The notes beneath the pieces are model-generated. The model had not been told where the DNA came from and made no database searches. It saw only the letters and a program-made list of their open reading frames with translations. From the NCBI GenBank assembly GCA_041648395.1, contig JBAZPC010000001.1, positions 31,173 to 95,172 on the forward strand: a stretch of DNA of 64,000 nt, in the 5' to 3' direction. Shown here in pieces: positions 36,180 to 45,747 of the stretch. This DNA comes from Minisyncoccota bacterium (GTDB lineage Bacteria; Patescibacteriota; Minisyncoccia; UBA9983). Both the position numbers and the translations under genes were made by a program. Every line of letters begins with the position of its first letter. Within the stretch, counting starts at the first letter, position 1.

Positions 36180-36908
36180 CTATATCTTTGGCAGAGTTAA
36201 AGCAAGATATTCCATTATCATTTTTACCGATGGCGAACGGTCAAAAAGAAATTCCCGCGCTTTTTGTATTACTCCCAGCGCCAAGAAGTTCGGCTTCTTT
36301 AAAGAAGCCGAACTTCTTATTATCATTTCTAAACCATTCAAAAATTCAACTGCTTCCGTTTTGTCTTTAAAAAATTTTTCGGCTATTTTTACCCGTTTGG
36401 CGGGCAAGCTCCCCAAAAAATCAAGACAAACTTTTTTTGTTTCTTCAGTAATTTCTTTTTCCCCCCCCGATTCTTCTATAACCACAAAACGGGAACGAAG
36501 AGTCGGGATAACAGCATCGGCAGACGGCACGAGAATAAAAAAATGCGTTCCCTCAAACGGCTCTTCAAATGTTTTAAGCAGAGCGTTGGCCGATTCAACG
36601 CTGAAAGAAAAAACTTCCGCCACAAAAACTTTATTGCTCCCCAGCAACGGTCTTTGGCTGGCCCACAATAAAAGCTTTCTGCTTTCATCTACGCCGAAAA
36701 GATTGAATTTTTCATAAAAAAAATCTGGATGCGTCTCTAACCGACGCCCGGCGTCGGTGAAATCACCGACGCCGGGCGTCGGTTCCGTTTCCAGTAAAAC
36801 TTTTGCCGCTTCAAACGCCATCTTGCGCGAAGCATCATAATCCCCCGCCAACAAATAAGCGTGCTGGAACTCTTTTTTTTCTATGTGAGCTTTTAAAACG
36901 GGATTCAT
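36180..36908 (-). CDS. holB: DNA polymerase III delta-prime subunit (HolB-like clamp-loader subunit)
   Basis: ETHPDFFYE...GVDESRKLL...ANALLKTFEEPFEGTHFFILVPSADAVIPTLRSRF aligns with E. coli HolB (GTHPDYYTL...ANALLKTLEEPPAETWFFLATREPERLLATLRSRC). Confidence 0.7.
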   Translation of the reverse strand: MNPVLKAHIEKKEFQHAYLLAGDYDASRKMAFEAAKVLLETEPTPGVGDFTDAGRRLETHPDFFYEKFNLFGVDESRKLLLWASQRPLLGSNKVFVAEVFSFSVESANALLKTFEEPFEGTHFFILVPSADAVIPTLRSRFVVIEESGGEKEITEETKKVCLDFLGSLPAKRVKIAEKFFKDKTEAVEFLNGLEMIIRSSASLKKPNFLALGVIQKAREFLFDRSPSVKMIMEYLALTLPKI

Positions 36909-36911
36909 AAT

Positions 36912-36939
36912 TTGATAATACTGAAAAACATGTTAAAAT
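36912..36939 (+). promoter_or_regulatory. Candidate promoter for tRNA-Ala (TTGATA-16 nt-TAAAAT)
   Basis: TTGATA is at 36912-36917 and TAAAAT at 36934-36939. The tRNA starts 15 nt downstream. Confidence 0.4.
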
Positions 36940-36953
36940 TCAATCACAATTAA

Positions 36954-37024
36954 GGGCCTATAGTTTAGTGGCAGAACACCGCTTTTGCATAGCGGATACG
37001 CCAGTTCGATTCTGGCTAGGTCCA
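36954..37024 (+). tRNA. tRNA-Ala (anticodon UGC)
   Basis: Cloverleaf GGGCCTA/TAGGTCC acceptor stem with the G3:U70 Ala identity pair. Anticodon stem CCGCT/AGCGG, loop TTTGCAT. T-loop TTCGATT. CCA is not encoded. Confidence 0.85.
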
Positions 37025-37027
37025 AAA

Positions 37028-37942
37028 CTAATTTAAAGCAAGATTTATGAGGTGCTCCAGAAATTCGGAGTACGACGAGCCGACGGCTTTTATCGCCTTC
37101 GGCAGAAGCGACTCCGTCGTGAGCTCCGGCAAAGTGTTTATCTCCAAAATATAAATGTTTACCCCGTTCTTGGCGGGACCTTTAGGCGAAACAATAAAAT
37201 CAGCGTTGGAATAATGCCTGCAACCGACTGCTTGATGCGCCGTTATCGCCATTTTTTCTATTTCTTTCTTTATTTTCAAATCAAAATTTTCCAAAACCGG
37301 CAAAGAATAATGTTTTTGGTCTCTAAAATTTTCAATGACTCCGCAAGTCGCTTCCCTGCCTTTTATGTATTCTTCCGCCAATATTTTTGAATCAAAGGCG
37401 GATGCGATTTTAACCGCCTCAACTAGTTCGTCAAAATTATGCGCGATGGACACGCCGACGGAAGAGCCGGAAGAAACGGGCTTCACAACCCACGACGGCC
37501 CCATTGCCTTGAAAATTTTATCGGCCACTCCACTTAGGAGTTCAGCTTCTAAGTTAATGACGATGCCTTTTGGGATATTCAGGCCGGCTCTCGCGAATGC
37601 TTCCCGCGCCAATGCCTTATTCATTCCCAGCGCCGAACCAAAAATTCCCGAACCGGTGTACGGTATTTTGTATGTTTCCAACAACTGCTGAACTTTTCCA
37701 TCCTCCCCGTACTTTCCATGCAGGGCATTGAAAACAACATCAATGGAACGGAAAATTTTTTCCGGATGGGATAATTTCCCTTCAAAATACCAATCGCCTT
37801 CCCTGGAAAGAAAAATATCATAGCCGGTAAAATTTTCCGGCAGATTATCCAGCGCGCTTTTTCCCGTTTTCAGGGAAACGTCATGCTCGTCGGACGGCCC
37901 GCCGCGCAGGACGCCGACTTTTATTTTTCTTTTAGATTTCAT
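37028..37942 (-). CDS. ddl: D-alanine--D-alanine ligase
   Basis: KIKVGVLRGGPSDEHDVSLKTGKSAL and an ATP-grasp core. The start was chosen at MKSKRK. Confidence 0.85.
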   Translation of the reverse strand: MKSKRKIKVGVLRGGPSDEHDVSLKTGKSALDNLPENFTGYDIFLSREGDWYFEGKLSHPEKIFRSIDVVFNALHGKYGEDGKVQQLLETYKIPYTGSGIFGSALGMNKALAREAFARAGLNIPKGIVINLEAELLSGVADKIFKAMGPSWVVKPVSSGSSVGVSIAHNFDELVEAVKIASAFDSKILAEEYIKGREATCGVIENFRDQKHYSLPVLENFDLKIKKEIEKMAITAHQAVGCRHYSNADFIVSPKGPAKNGVNIYILEINTLPELTTESLLPKAIKAVGSSYSEFLEHLINLALN

Positions 37943-37987
37943 TTTAATTGTTGAACACTCGGTGTTCAACATACAAACAACATATCG

Positions 37988-40900
37988 TTATCTCTGTAAA
38001 TTTTTCAAGAAGCCGAAGGACTCCTGGAAGTTCTTAAAGATAACGTCAATTATTGATTCAGCCGAGCGCGGAGTGAGAATGGCGCGAACCGGAGAGCTCG
38101 CCTTGTTACCCGCCTCATCTTCGGAAACAACTTTAATTCTGTAAACCGTTGACGGCTTGAAATTGGCGATGATAACGGCGTGGTCGGTGGTATATTCTTT
38201 TTCATCTCCGGCTTTATTTGCCAAGTCCTCTTTATTGCTGATTCCTTCTTCATAATAGACAATGGAGTTGGCCGGCTCATTTGTTTTCCAGAATACTATC
38301 GTCTGCAATCGGTCCGTCCTGCCCGGCACCAATGCGTTGTCAACTTTTATTGAAGAAAGTTCCGGCGGAACAACGTCTTGCTTGGTTCTAATCGTTATTG
38401 TATTGCCTTCAACAATATTATTGTTGACGTCGTAGCCGAAGGCCTTAATTTCGTAGGAAGTGGCCGGCGTCAAATTGTCCAAGACGACGGAGTGGACTTT
38501 AGCCATGGCGTTGTCGCCCTTTTGGCCGACTTGCCTCGTAATCATATTTCTGTATTCCGCAAAAGAGCTAGTTTCGTCGCTGGTGGTCCATCTTATTTCT
38601 ATTTGAGTATTGCCCACCTTCGTCACTTCCGGCGCAATCTTGGAGGACTTGGTTATAAATTCAATATTTTTTGATTTGCCAACAACGCCCGGAATGGCAA
38701 ACGACTTCGTCTGCAAATGATATTTCGTGGACGGAGAAAGATTAGTCAGATTGACTTCGTGGCTCTTGGATTTTTCCTGCGTATCTGAAATCTCCGATTT
38801 GTACGGGTTCTCGTTTTTCCCGTCATAATCTTTATCCGCAACATAGGCCGCTGAACCGTATGATTTAATATTAGTCAACCACTTAATGACAGCTGAATTT
38901 TCAGTCACATCGGAAACCTCCACCTTGCTGATAAACGGCGGAGACAAACTAGGCATTATTGATTCTATTATTCCCTCCAATTGGGTCTGGAAACTTTCCG
39001 CGTTTTCCAGGGTGATTAAATTGTCCAGCGCCTCCGTGGCAAATTTTGTGGTGAATATTTTGTCCTCGGAATCGCTGAAGTTGCCGAATTTATCTTGCGC
39101 CTTCACTTTATAATGATATTCCGTTCCCAGCACGAGGCCCGACATTTTCACGCTATGGCTAGTTTTCAAATCGGGAGAAGCGGCGACATTGCCGTATGTT
39201 TTATCTTTCCCATACAGCGCGTAGCCAGTGGAAATTTCATTTGTGTCAAAAGTAACAGTCGCATCAAAGGCGTTTATGGAAGATGTTTTGATATTGGAAA
39301 TTGAAGGCGGAGTCGTGTCGCTTGCCGCCACACTTCCCCCTCCTCCCACATATTGGATAACGACATCTTTTGCCGAAGTTGTGGTAGCCGACTTATTGGA
39401 AGAGTAACCGATATTCCCCTGGGAGTCGGCGGACCTAATGCGATAATGATAAATTGTTTCAGAGGTAAGAGACGACAAAGTAAGAGCGTGGCCCATAGTG
39501 AGAGTGGGGTTAAGCGTGCCGGAATTGGTGTAGATGCCGTTTTCCAAACCGAAATCAACCTGGCTGTCAGCAAGTTCGTCCGTGTTCCAAAAAACAATCA
39601 AAGTATCGGCCGTCCTCACTGGCGTGGAAATATTTGAAATTACTGGCGGCTGATTATCGTAGGATGTGGTGAAAGTATAATAGTTGCTGCTGTTTTTGTC
39701 GGTGACAGTATCGCCGCCAGCTATTGATTTAACATAATAATAATATGTCGTTCTTGAAAGCAAATTAGGAAGAGTGACTTTGTGATAATACAAAGGCCCG
39801 CTTCCGCCAACTGCATCCGCGCTCCCCGCCGTGCTCACACCCGAATCGCTAGTCAAGTTGCTGGTGTTTGTGGAATAGATAACATATGAATTAGAATCGC
39901 TGTTTGTGTTCCAAGTAATTTCCGCGCTGTTGTTGGTGACGGAAGAAGTGACGACGTCAGTAATCGCCGGTCCGCTCGCAGTGGTAAACGGAATTCCGGC
40001 CGCTGCTCCCTCGTTCGCCATAATGTCTTTTGATTTTATTCGGAAAATATAATCAGTAGCTGGAGTTAAGCCGGTAACGGTAACGCTGTGGCTCGTCACA
40101 TAAGCGGTGCTGGAAGCATTGCTGGCATAATTTCCGGCCGCGGCCGTGGAAAATTCAACTTTTGAATCCGCCATCTCGTCCGTGGCCCAAGTGATTTTTG
40201 CCCAGGTTGCCTGTGTTTCCGCTATTGCCACCGCGGAAATAACCGGAGCCGTGAAATCGCTCCCGCCCTGGCCGTCCGGCAAGTCGTTTTGAGGAGTGGA
40301 ATAACTGGAAATATCGCCGCCCGTGTCCGTCACCCTCACCTTGTAATAATATGTCGTGGTTGAAGCGACAGTTGAATCGGTATAAGAGTTTGTGTTGATG
40401 TCGGAAATGGTGGTTAGTAAAGAATAATCCACGCCGTTGGTGGAACGGTATATTTTATAACTGCTAAAAGCGGCTGTGGTGGAAGCGGTATAAACTTCCC
40501 AACTCATCATTTCCTTATAGCTGTTAATCGCTGGATTGCTAATATCATAAAGCATAAAGTTCTGCGGCATGGAGGGGGCTGTAGCCGAAGTTGTGGCGGT
40601 ATTTCCGAAAGCGTCCTTTGTTGTTAAGTAAACGGTTTCAAAAGACGGCGTACCCGAAAAAGTCCACGCAAATGTCGTAGAGGTGGAAGTTCCCCCAACC
40701 GCCCGCCAGTCGCTTCCGGCGGAGTCGGCGTTATTGGAGACCTTGTATTCTATATTATTGTCATCGGAAAGATTTAAAATAATCGTGTCGGCGGCGGAGT
40801 CCAAAGTGAAGGCGGTCATTGTCACATTCTTCACATCCAAGGCGAAAGTTCCACCCGTTGCTGTTGCTGTGTTATTCGCGCCTTCGTTGTCGTTTACCGT

Positions 40901-43093
40901 TACCCTGATTTGCGCAGTGGCATAATATGTTTCCGGTATCTGCGTTTTCGCGTCCCAATAGGTGGTGTAAGTGAGGTAACTGCCGTTTAAGACCTTGTTG
41001 GTCGTATTTCCTCCGTAGGTACTAAATCCACCCCCCGTTGGGGCGTCACCCCAAGTGATATTGGCTGAATTAACAGCCACCCATCCGCCCCCAATATTAT
41101 ATTCAAAAGTGGGCGTAACATAATTCGGACTGTTTGTGCCAGTGGTCGTGTCGGTATCTTTTACGGCGTATTGAATTTGCGCCTTAGCAAAATTCGGGTC
41201 GCTTGAATTTGAAATCTGCGAAACGGAAACGCCGTTTGTGCCAAAAGTGGAATCAAACTGCGGTGTGGCATTAACAACATAAGTGGCGGTGACACTACTT
41301 AATGTCGGCGTGCTCGCGCCGTCGGAAGTTAAAAACGCTTTGTATTGAAAATATTTGTCATTATTGCCGGAAGTGAAAGTGGCTGGCATTGATTCCGTTC
41401 CGGCGGAATTTTCAAAATATGTTCCCGTCGTGCCGTCCGGCCCGAGCCAATTGGTCCAAGTGACGGTGTCGGGAGAAGTGCGGAGTTGAAATTTTATTCC
41501 CGCCGTGGTCGTGGTCGCGCCCGTCCATTGAATTTTGCTCATAAAATTAGTGGCGTCGGTGGTATTATAAATTGAAGAAGTCAAAGTTTGAACAGAAGCG
41601 GGATAATAATTGTAATTTATAGTGATGTCGTCCAGAGAGGGAGTGTAGGCGGTGTCGGAAGTGGAAAGATTAGCGCGATATTGGACATAACGGTTGCCGG
41701 TCAAGGAGGAAATACTTCCGCCTGTTGAAATATTTGTTTGCCATTCGGTCCATGTGCCGTCCGGCGTTGCCGTGTTGCCTGCCTTGATGTCAACTGTCAA
41801 AGTAGTGCTGGCGTTAGTGGTTTTGGTAAAACTCAATGTAGTTAGACCGCTTTTTTGCCCCAAATCAACGCTGGCCGAAGTATAAGTGCCGGAGGAGAGA
41901 GAAAGTAGGGGAAGTTTAGCAAAGTTATTGGTGTTATTTCCCCCTAAAACATAAAGATTACCCGGGTCTAATCCATCAGAGACAATGCCGCCACCAACCC
42001 AGCCAACATTAAATGGCGTAGGAGCAACGGAAGAAAGGTTGGTCCAAGCACCGGTGGAGATATTATATTTGGCAAAGTTGGTATTGTCCCATCCTGTCGC
42101 GTAGAGATTGCCCGCGCCGTCAGAGGTAATATCGCTGGGGCTAAATGGCACGGGAGCGGTGGAAGAAAGGTTGGTCCAAGCACCGGTGGAGATATTATAT
42201 TTGGCAAAGTTGGTATTGTTAAATGCTGTCGCGTAGAGATTGCCCGCGCCGTCAGAGGTAATGCTCATAGTACCAACTGGCACGGGAGCGGTGGAAGAAA
42301 GGTCTGTCCAACCAGTGGAGGTATTGTATTTGGCAAAATTGGTATAGGTATTATCTCTTATAAGATAAAAATTGCCATCGCCGCCATATGCAAGATTGTC
42401 ATTACCCCAAGTGAGAAACGGCAAGGGAGCGGTGGCGGTGAGGTCTGTCCAGCCGGTGGAGGTATTGTATTTGGCAAAACTGACCGTGCCATTTGACCCC
42501 GAAGCGTAAAAATTGCCCGCGCCGTCATAAGCAAGACCACCGTAGATGCCAGACGGCGCAGTAGTAAGGTTGGTCCAGGCGCCAGCGGAAGTATTATATT
42601 TGGCAAAATATCCGCTCTGATTGATCGCGTAAAAATTGCCCGCGCCGTCAGAATCAAAGCCGGAATAGTTTAAAAAATTAAATGGAGGAGGAACCGTTGC
42701 GGTGAGATTAGTCCAAGAAGTAGAATTTGTTTTCCCAAGCTTCACGCTCGCATTGCTTCCTGTTCCAGAAACTATTGTTGATGAAAGTGTTCCTCCCGAA
42801 AAATCGGTGTCGGTTGTATGCGTGGCCGAAGCAGCGGTTGCGGTTAAGCTCACGCTCGCGCCGGCGGTGATGTTCGCGTCTTTGGCGGAATATTTAGCCC
42901 AGCTTGATTGGTTGGTCGGATGGACGGCAGTATCAGCCGACTCTGTCGTCCAGCTATTCTGAACAAAAGTATAAGTGGCGCCCAAAACTTTGCCGGGACC
43001 AAAACTGTAAAAAACAAGGGATAACAAAACAACAACAGCCAAAAAACCGGAGATTACATCTTTGACTTTTATTTTTTTCCAAAAATTTTTCAC
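37988..43093 (-). CDS. Giant (1701-aa) membrane-anchored extracellular repeat protein: N-terminal signal anchor, ~47-aa beta-propeller-like repeats (DGAGNLYA...NFAKYNISTGAWTNLSS), multiple fibronectin-III-like domains
   Basis: A single long ORF with an N-terminal TM helix (ISGFLAVVVLLSLVFYSF). Repeats are visible at both protein and DNA level. FN3-like segments appear near the C-terminus. Confidence 0.8.
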   Translation of the reverse strand: MKNFWKKIKVKDVISGFLAVVVLLSLVFYSFGPGKVLGATYTFVQNSWTTESADTAVHPTNQSSWAKYSAKDANITAGASVSLTATAASATHTTDTDFSGGTLSSTIVSGTGSNASVKLGKTNSTSWTNLTATVPPPFNFLNYSGFDSDGAGNFYAINQSGYFAKYNTSAGAWTNLTTAPSGIYGGLAYDGAGNFYASGSNGTVSFAKYNTSTGWTDLTATAPLPFLTWGNDNLAYGGDGNFYLIRDNTYTNFAKYNTSTGWTDLSSTAPVPVGTMSITSDGAGNLYATAFNNTNFAKYNISTGAWTNLSSTAPVPFSPSDITSDGAGNLYATGWDNTNFAKYNISTGAWTNLSSVAPTPFNVGWVGGGIVSDGLDPGNLYVLGGNNTNNFAKLPLLSLSSGTYTSASVDLGQKSGLTTLSFTKTTNASTTLTVDIKAGNTATPDGTWTEWQTNISTGGSISSLTGNRYVQYRANLSTSDTAYTPSLDDITINYNYYPASVQTLTSSIYNTTDATNFMSKIQWTGATTTTAGIKFQLRTSPDTVTWTNWLGPDGTTGTYFENSAGTESMPATFTSGNNDKYFQYKAFLTSDGASTPTLSSVTATYVVNATPQFDSTFGTNGVSVSQISNSSDPNFAKAQIQYAVKDTDTTTGTNSPNYVTPTFEYNIGGGWVAVNSANITWGDAPTGGGFSTYGGNTTNKVLNGSYLTYTTYWDAKTQIPETYYATAQIRVTVNDNEGANNTATATGGTFALDVKNVTMTAFTLDSAADTIILNLSDDNNIEYKVSNNADSAGSDWRAVGGTSTSTTFAWTFSGTPSFETVYLTTKDAFGNTATTSATAPSMPQNFMLYDISNPAINSYKEMMSWEVYTASTTAAFSSYKIYRSTNGVDYSLLTTISDINTNSYTDSTVASTTTYYYKVRVTDTGGDISSYSTPQNDLPDGQGGSDFTAPVISAVAIAETQATWAKITWATDEMADSKVEFSTAAAGNYASNASSTAYVTSHSVTVTGLTPATDYIFRIKSKDIMANEGAAAGIPFTTASGPAITDVVTSSVTNNSAEITWNTNSDSNSYVIYSTNTSNLTSDSGVSTAGSADAVGGSGPLYYHKVTLPNLLSRTTYYYYVKSIAGGDTVTDKNSSNYYTFTTSYDNQPPVISNISTPVRTADTLIVFWNTDELADSQVDFGLENGIYTNSGTLNPTLTMGHALTLSSLTSETIYHYRIRSADSQGNIGYSSNKSATTTSAKDVVIQYVGGGGSVAASDTTPPSISNIKTSSINAFDATVTFDTNEISTGYALYGKDKTYGNVAASPDLKTSHSVKMSGLVLGTEYHYKVKAQDKFGNFSDSEDKIFTTKFATEALDNLITLENAESFQTQLEGIIESIMPSLSPPFISKVEVSDVTENSAVIKWLTNIKSYGSAAYVADKDYDGKNENPYKSEISDTQEKSKSHEVNLTNLSPSTKYHLQTKSFAIPGVVGKSKNIEFITKSSKIAPEVTKVGNTQIEIRWTTSDETSSFAEYRNMITRQVGQKGDNAMAKVHSVVLDNLTPATSYEIKAFGYDVNNNIVEGNTITIRTKQDVVPPELSSIKVDNALVPGRTDRLQTIVFWKTNEPANSIVYYEEGISNKEDLANKAGDEKEYTTDHAVIIANFKPSTVYRIKVVSEDEAGNKASSPVRAILTPRSAESIIDVIFKNFQESFGFLKNLQR

Positions 43094-43094
43094 T

Positions 43095-43463
43095 TTACGC
43101 TTTTTGCAAACTTTTTACCTGATTTTCCAAAAATTCCACTCTTTGCTTTAGGCTAAGGACATCGCCAACTATCGCATCCACATCCTCTTTTGAAGTTTGT
43201 GAAATTTTTTCAAGTTTTTGTTCTATTTCTTCTAATTTATTCCAAATCTGTTTTATCTCCGCTCTTATGTCTCTAATTTGTGATTCTATGGTGTCAAAAC
43301 GATTATTCATTTCTTGCTTTAAATCTCTAATTTCTTTATAAACATTGCCAAACTCCTTATATACTCCGTCAAATCCTTTCTTAACCATCACCGCCAAACC
43401 ATCAAATTTTTTATCAATTCGCTCTCCAAAACTTTCAAATTCCTGTTTTATCTCCTTATCCAT
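43095..43463 (-). CDS. Coiled-coil hypothetical protein
   Basis: A 122-aa K/E-rich ORF with heptad character. Confidence 0.5.
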   Translation of the reverse strand: MDKEIKQEFESFGERIDKKFDGLAVMVKKGFDGVYKEFGNVYKEIRDLKQEMNNRFDTIESQIRDIRAEIKQIWNKLEEIEQKLEKISQTSKEDVDAIVGDVLSLKQRVEFLENQVKSLQKA

Positions 43464-43526
43464 ATGCTTATTATTCTATCCTAAAATTAAAACTATTGCA
43501 TCTCCTGTGGATAACCAAATAGCAGC

Positions 43527-43952
43527 CTATTTTTTGGCTATTTCGTGTATGGCGCGGATGAGTTCGGTCGGCATGTATTCCCCTTTCACCAGGAATTTAT
43601 CCGCCCCGAGCTTTTCCGCTTTTTCTTTTATTTCCTTATCGCTGAAGCCGGAAAAAATTATAATTTTTATGCCCTTTGTTTTTTCCGCGCCTTTCAGCTC
43701 CTCCAAAAAATGAAAGCCCGCCTCCCTGTCCACCATTCCCCCTTCCTTGTCGGCCATCATGAGGTCCAGAAGAATTACATCCGGCCTGTTGGCGGGGTCG
43801 CTCAAAATTTCTCTGGCTTTTTTAAAGTCGCCCACAATGGAAAATTCAAAATTATCATCACCCTTCATGCCGTGAATCCAAAAAACATCCTTAAGAAAAA
43901 TTCTCATAAATTCGTCGTCTTCTATGGAAAGTATTTTGATTGACTTATTCAT
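43527..43952 (-). CDS. Single-domain response regulator (CheY-like receiver)
   Basis: KILSIEDDEFMR...DVILLDLMMADKEG...KIIIFSGF carries the receiver Asp/Lys signature. Confidence 0.8.
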   Translation of the reverse strand: MNKSIKILSIEDDEFMRIFLKDVFWIHGMKGDDNFEFSIVGDFKKAREILSDPANRPDVILLDLMMADKEGGMVDREAGFHFLEELKGAEKTKGIKIIIFSGFSDKEIKEKAEKLGADKFLVKGEYMPTELIRAIHEIAKK

Positions 43953-43989
43953 TAGTGTTCGCTAATAATGCTAATTTCTGCAAATAACG

Positions 43990-44433
43990 CTAATTATTAT
44001 TAATTTTTGAATTTAATACTCTACGATATTTAACGCCATCTTTTGTAAAATATATCAAAATTCCAAGTTTTATATTTGCATTTTTTAAATATTCCAAAAC
44101 CTGTTTGCAGTGAATGTAACCAAGCTTTGACACAACTTTTAATTCTAATAAAATTTTACCCTCAATAATGAAATCTGCAAAATAGTGGCCAATTTTTTCA
44201 TTTTTATATTCTAATGGAATAAATTTTTCTTTTTCGTAACGCAATCCTAAATCTGAAAATTCTTTTGCCAATGCTCTTTGATAATATTTTTCTTGCATTC
44301 CCCAATTTAATTTATTGAAAACATTGAATGTGGCTCCTATTATTTTAAAACTCAATTCCGGAAAAACAATCATTTTGTCATTGTCTTTTATCTGTATTAC
44401 TTTATTTTCGTTCACATTATTGGCAATTATCAT
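43990..44433 (-). CDS. GxxExxY family protein (PD-(D/E)XK-like)
   Basis: YQRALAKEFSDLGLRYEKE...GHYFADFIIEGKILLELK. Confidence 0.7.
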   Translation of the reverse strand: MIIANNVNENKVIQIKDNDKMIVFPELSFKIIGATFNVFNKLNWGMQEKYYQRALAKEFSDLGLRYEKEKFIPLEYKNEKIGHYFADFIIEGKILLELKVVSKLGYIHCKQVLEYLKNANIKLGILIYFTKDGVKYRRVLNSKINNN

Positions 44434-44487
44434 GTTTTTTAATCTTTAATATTCGCATTATTTAATTTTTATTCGCGTTATTTGTGA

Positions 44488-45747
44488 TTACTTCCTGATG
44501 AATGCCTGCTTCGGCGATAAGTTTGCCGCTCGGCGCGCCGGCCACGAGCCAGAAAGGACTCCGACCAGCGCCGAGATGACAACGATAAAAATAAGGAATT
44601 CCGGAGGATAAATAAACAAGTCAATCGGCTTCCCGCCCAGACGGCTAGCCAAAAAATTCAAACCGAGGTTAAACATCTCCCCGCCAAGAACACCGACGGT
44701 AATTCCTCCAATCCCGCCAAGCAATCCCATAATCAGCGATTCCATCAAAAACAAATTTCTTATGTCGGCCACCGAAGCGCCCAGTGATTTCATTATACCT
44801 ATTTCAAATATCCTTTCCAAAAATCCGATAATCATTGTGTTGAACATTCCGATGGCGGAAATGACCAGCGCCGCCACGCCAAAAATACCAAGCATGATGG
44901 TGATGGCCGTCATTATTTTTTTCGCCTGATTAACCAAGTCAATGCGCGCGGAAATCAGAAAGCCGTCGCCAAGAAGCTTGTCCTTTAACGGCTCAACGTT
45001 GTCTATGCCCTTCGCTTTCACAAAAATATGCTGGTAAAACGGCGGTTTTTCGGGAGTGGCGCTTAAAGGAATAAACACAAACGGCGGCTGCATATCGTCC
45101 ATCACGATGCCTTTGATGGTTAATGAGGACGGGATGTCAACAATTTTTATATTATTTCCGCTCTCATCCTGGTAAGTAATGTTTACCGCAATTTTTTGAT
45201 TTAGGGATTCTTCCGTTTCTTTCATATTAAGGAGACGAAGGGCAGTATTGGAAATGACGACCGAGTTTTCATTTTCCGTGAACGCCGAACCCAAATCCGG
45301 CTTCAAACCGGAAAGACGAAAATAATTCGGATTTATTATTTTTATTATAAGAAAACCGGATAAGGAATCCATTTTGGCTTCGCCGGAAAATTCCCCCACC
45401 GGACTTATTTCCTCCGCTTCGGGAATTGAAGCTATTTGTTCCGCTTTTTTTGAATCAATATTTTTTCCGCTTTCTGACGGATAAAAAGCGTCCAAGCTTA
45501 TGAGGGAATCCTCGGTCGCGGCCAGTTTGCCTATTAATATGTATTGGAGGCCGTATCCCAAAGAAACCAAAAAAAGAACGGTGCCGATGCCCAGAGAAAT
45601 GCCCAGAACAGTGAGAAACGTTCTCAACGGCCTAACCTTAAAAACCCTTAGAGACAACTTAAAAAGGTCCCTAAACTTAAGGCGATGCCCTTCTTCATTA
45701 AGAGCGACATACCTGGGCGTATAAATTTTTTCCGGATCAGGATTCAT
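44488..45747 (-). CDS. ABC transporter permease (FtsX/MacB-type)
   Basis: N-terminal TM helix, a large periplasmic domain, and a C-terminal FtsX 3-TM bundle. Confidence 0.8.
   Translation of the reverse strand: MNPDPEKIYTPRYVALNEEGHRLKFRDLFKLSLRVFKVRPLRTFLTVLGISLGIGTVLFLVSLGYGLQYILIGKLAATEDSLISLDAFYPSESGKNIDSKKAEQIASIPEAEEISPVGEFSGEAKMDSLSGFLIIKIINPNYFRLSGLKPDLGSAFTENENSVVISNTALRLLNMKETEESLNQKIAVNITYQDESGNNIKIVDIPSSLTIKGIVMDDMQPPFVFIPLSATPEKPPFYQHIFVKAKGIDNVEPLKDKLLGDGFLISARIDLVNQAKKIMTAITIMLGIFGVAALVISAIGMFNTMIIGFLERIFEIGIMKSLGASVADIRNLFLMESLIMGLLGGIGGITVGVLGGEMFNLGLNFLASRLGGKPIDLFIYPPEFLIFIVVISALVGVLSGSWPARRAANLSPKQAFIRK

Noticed and set aside
38000-43000. Numerous 60-120-aa ORFs on the plus strand inside the giant gene, and similar antisense ORFs inside dnaB, PBP2, copA and others
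   Set aside because: They are fully embedded antisense to long, well-supported genes. They show no start signals and no recognisable motifs, which is typical of shadow ORFs.
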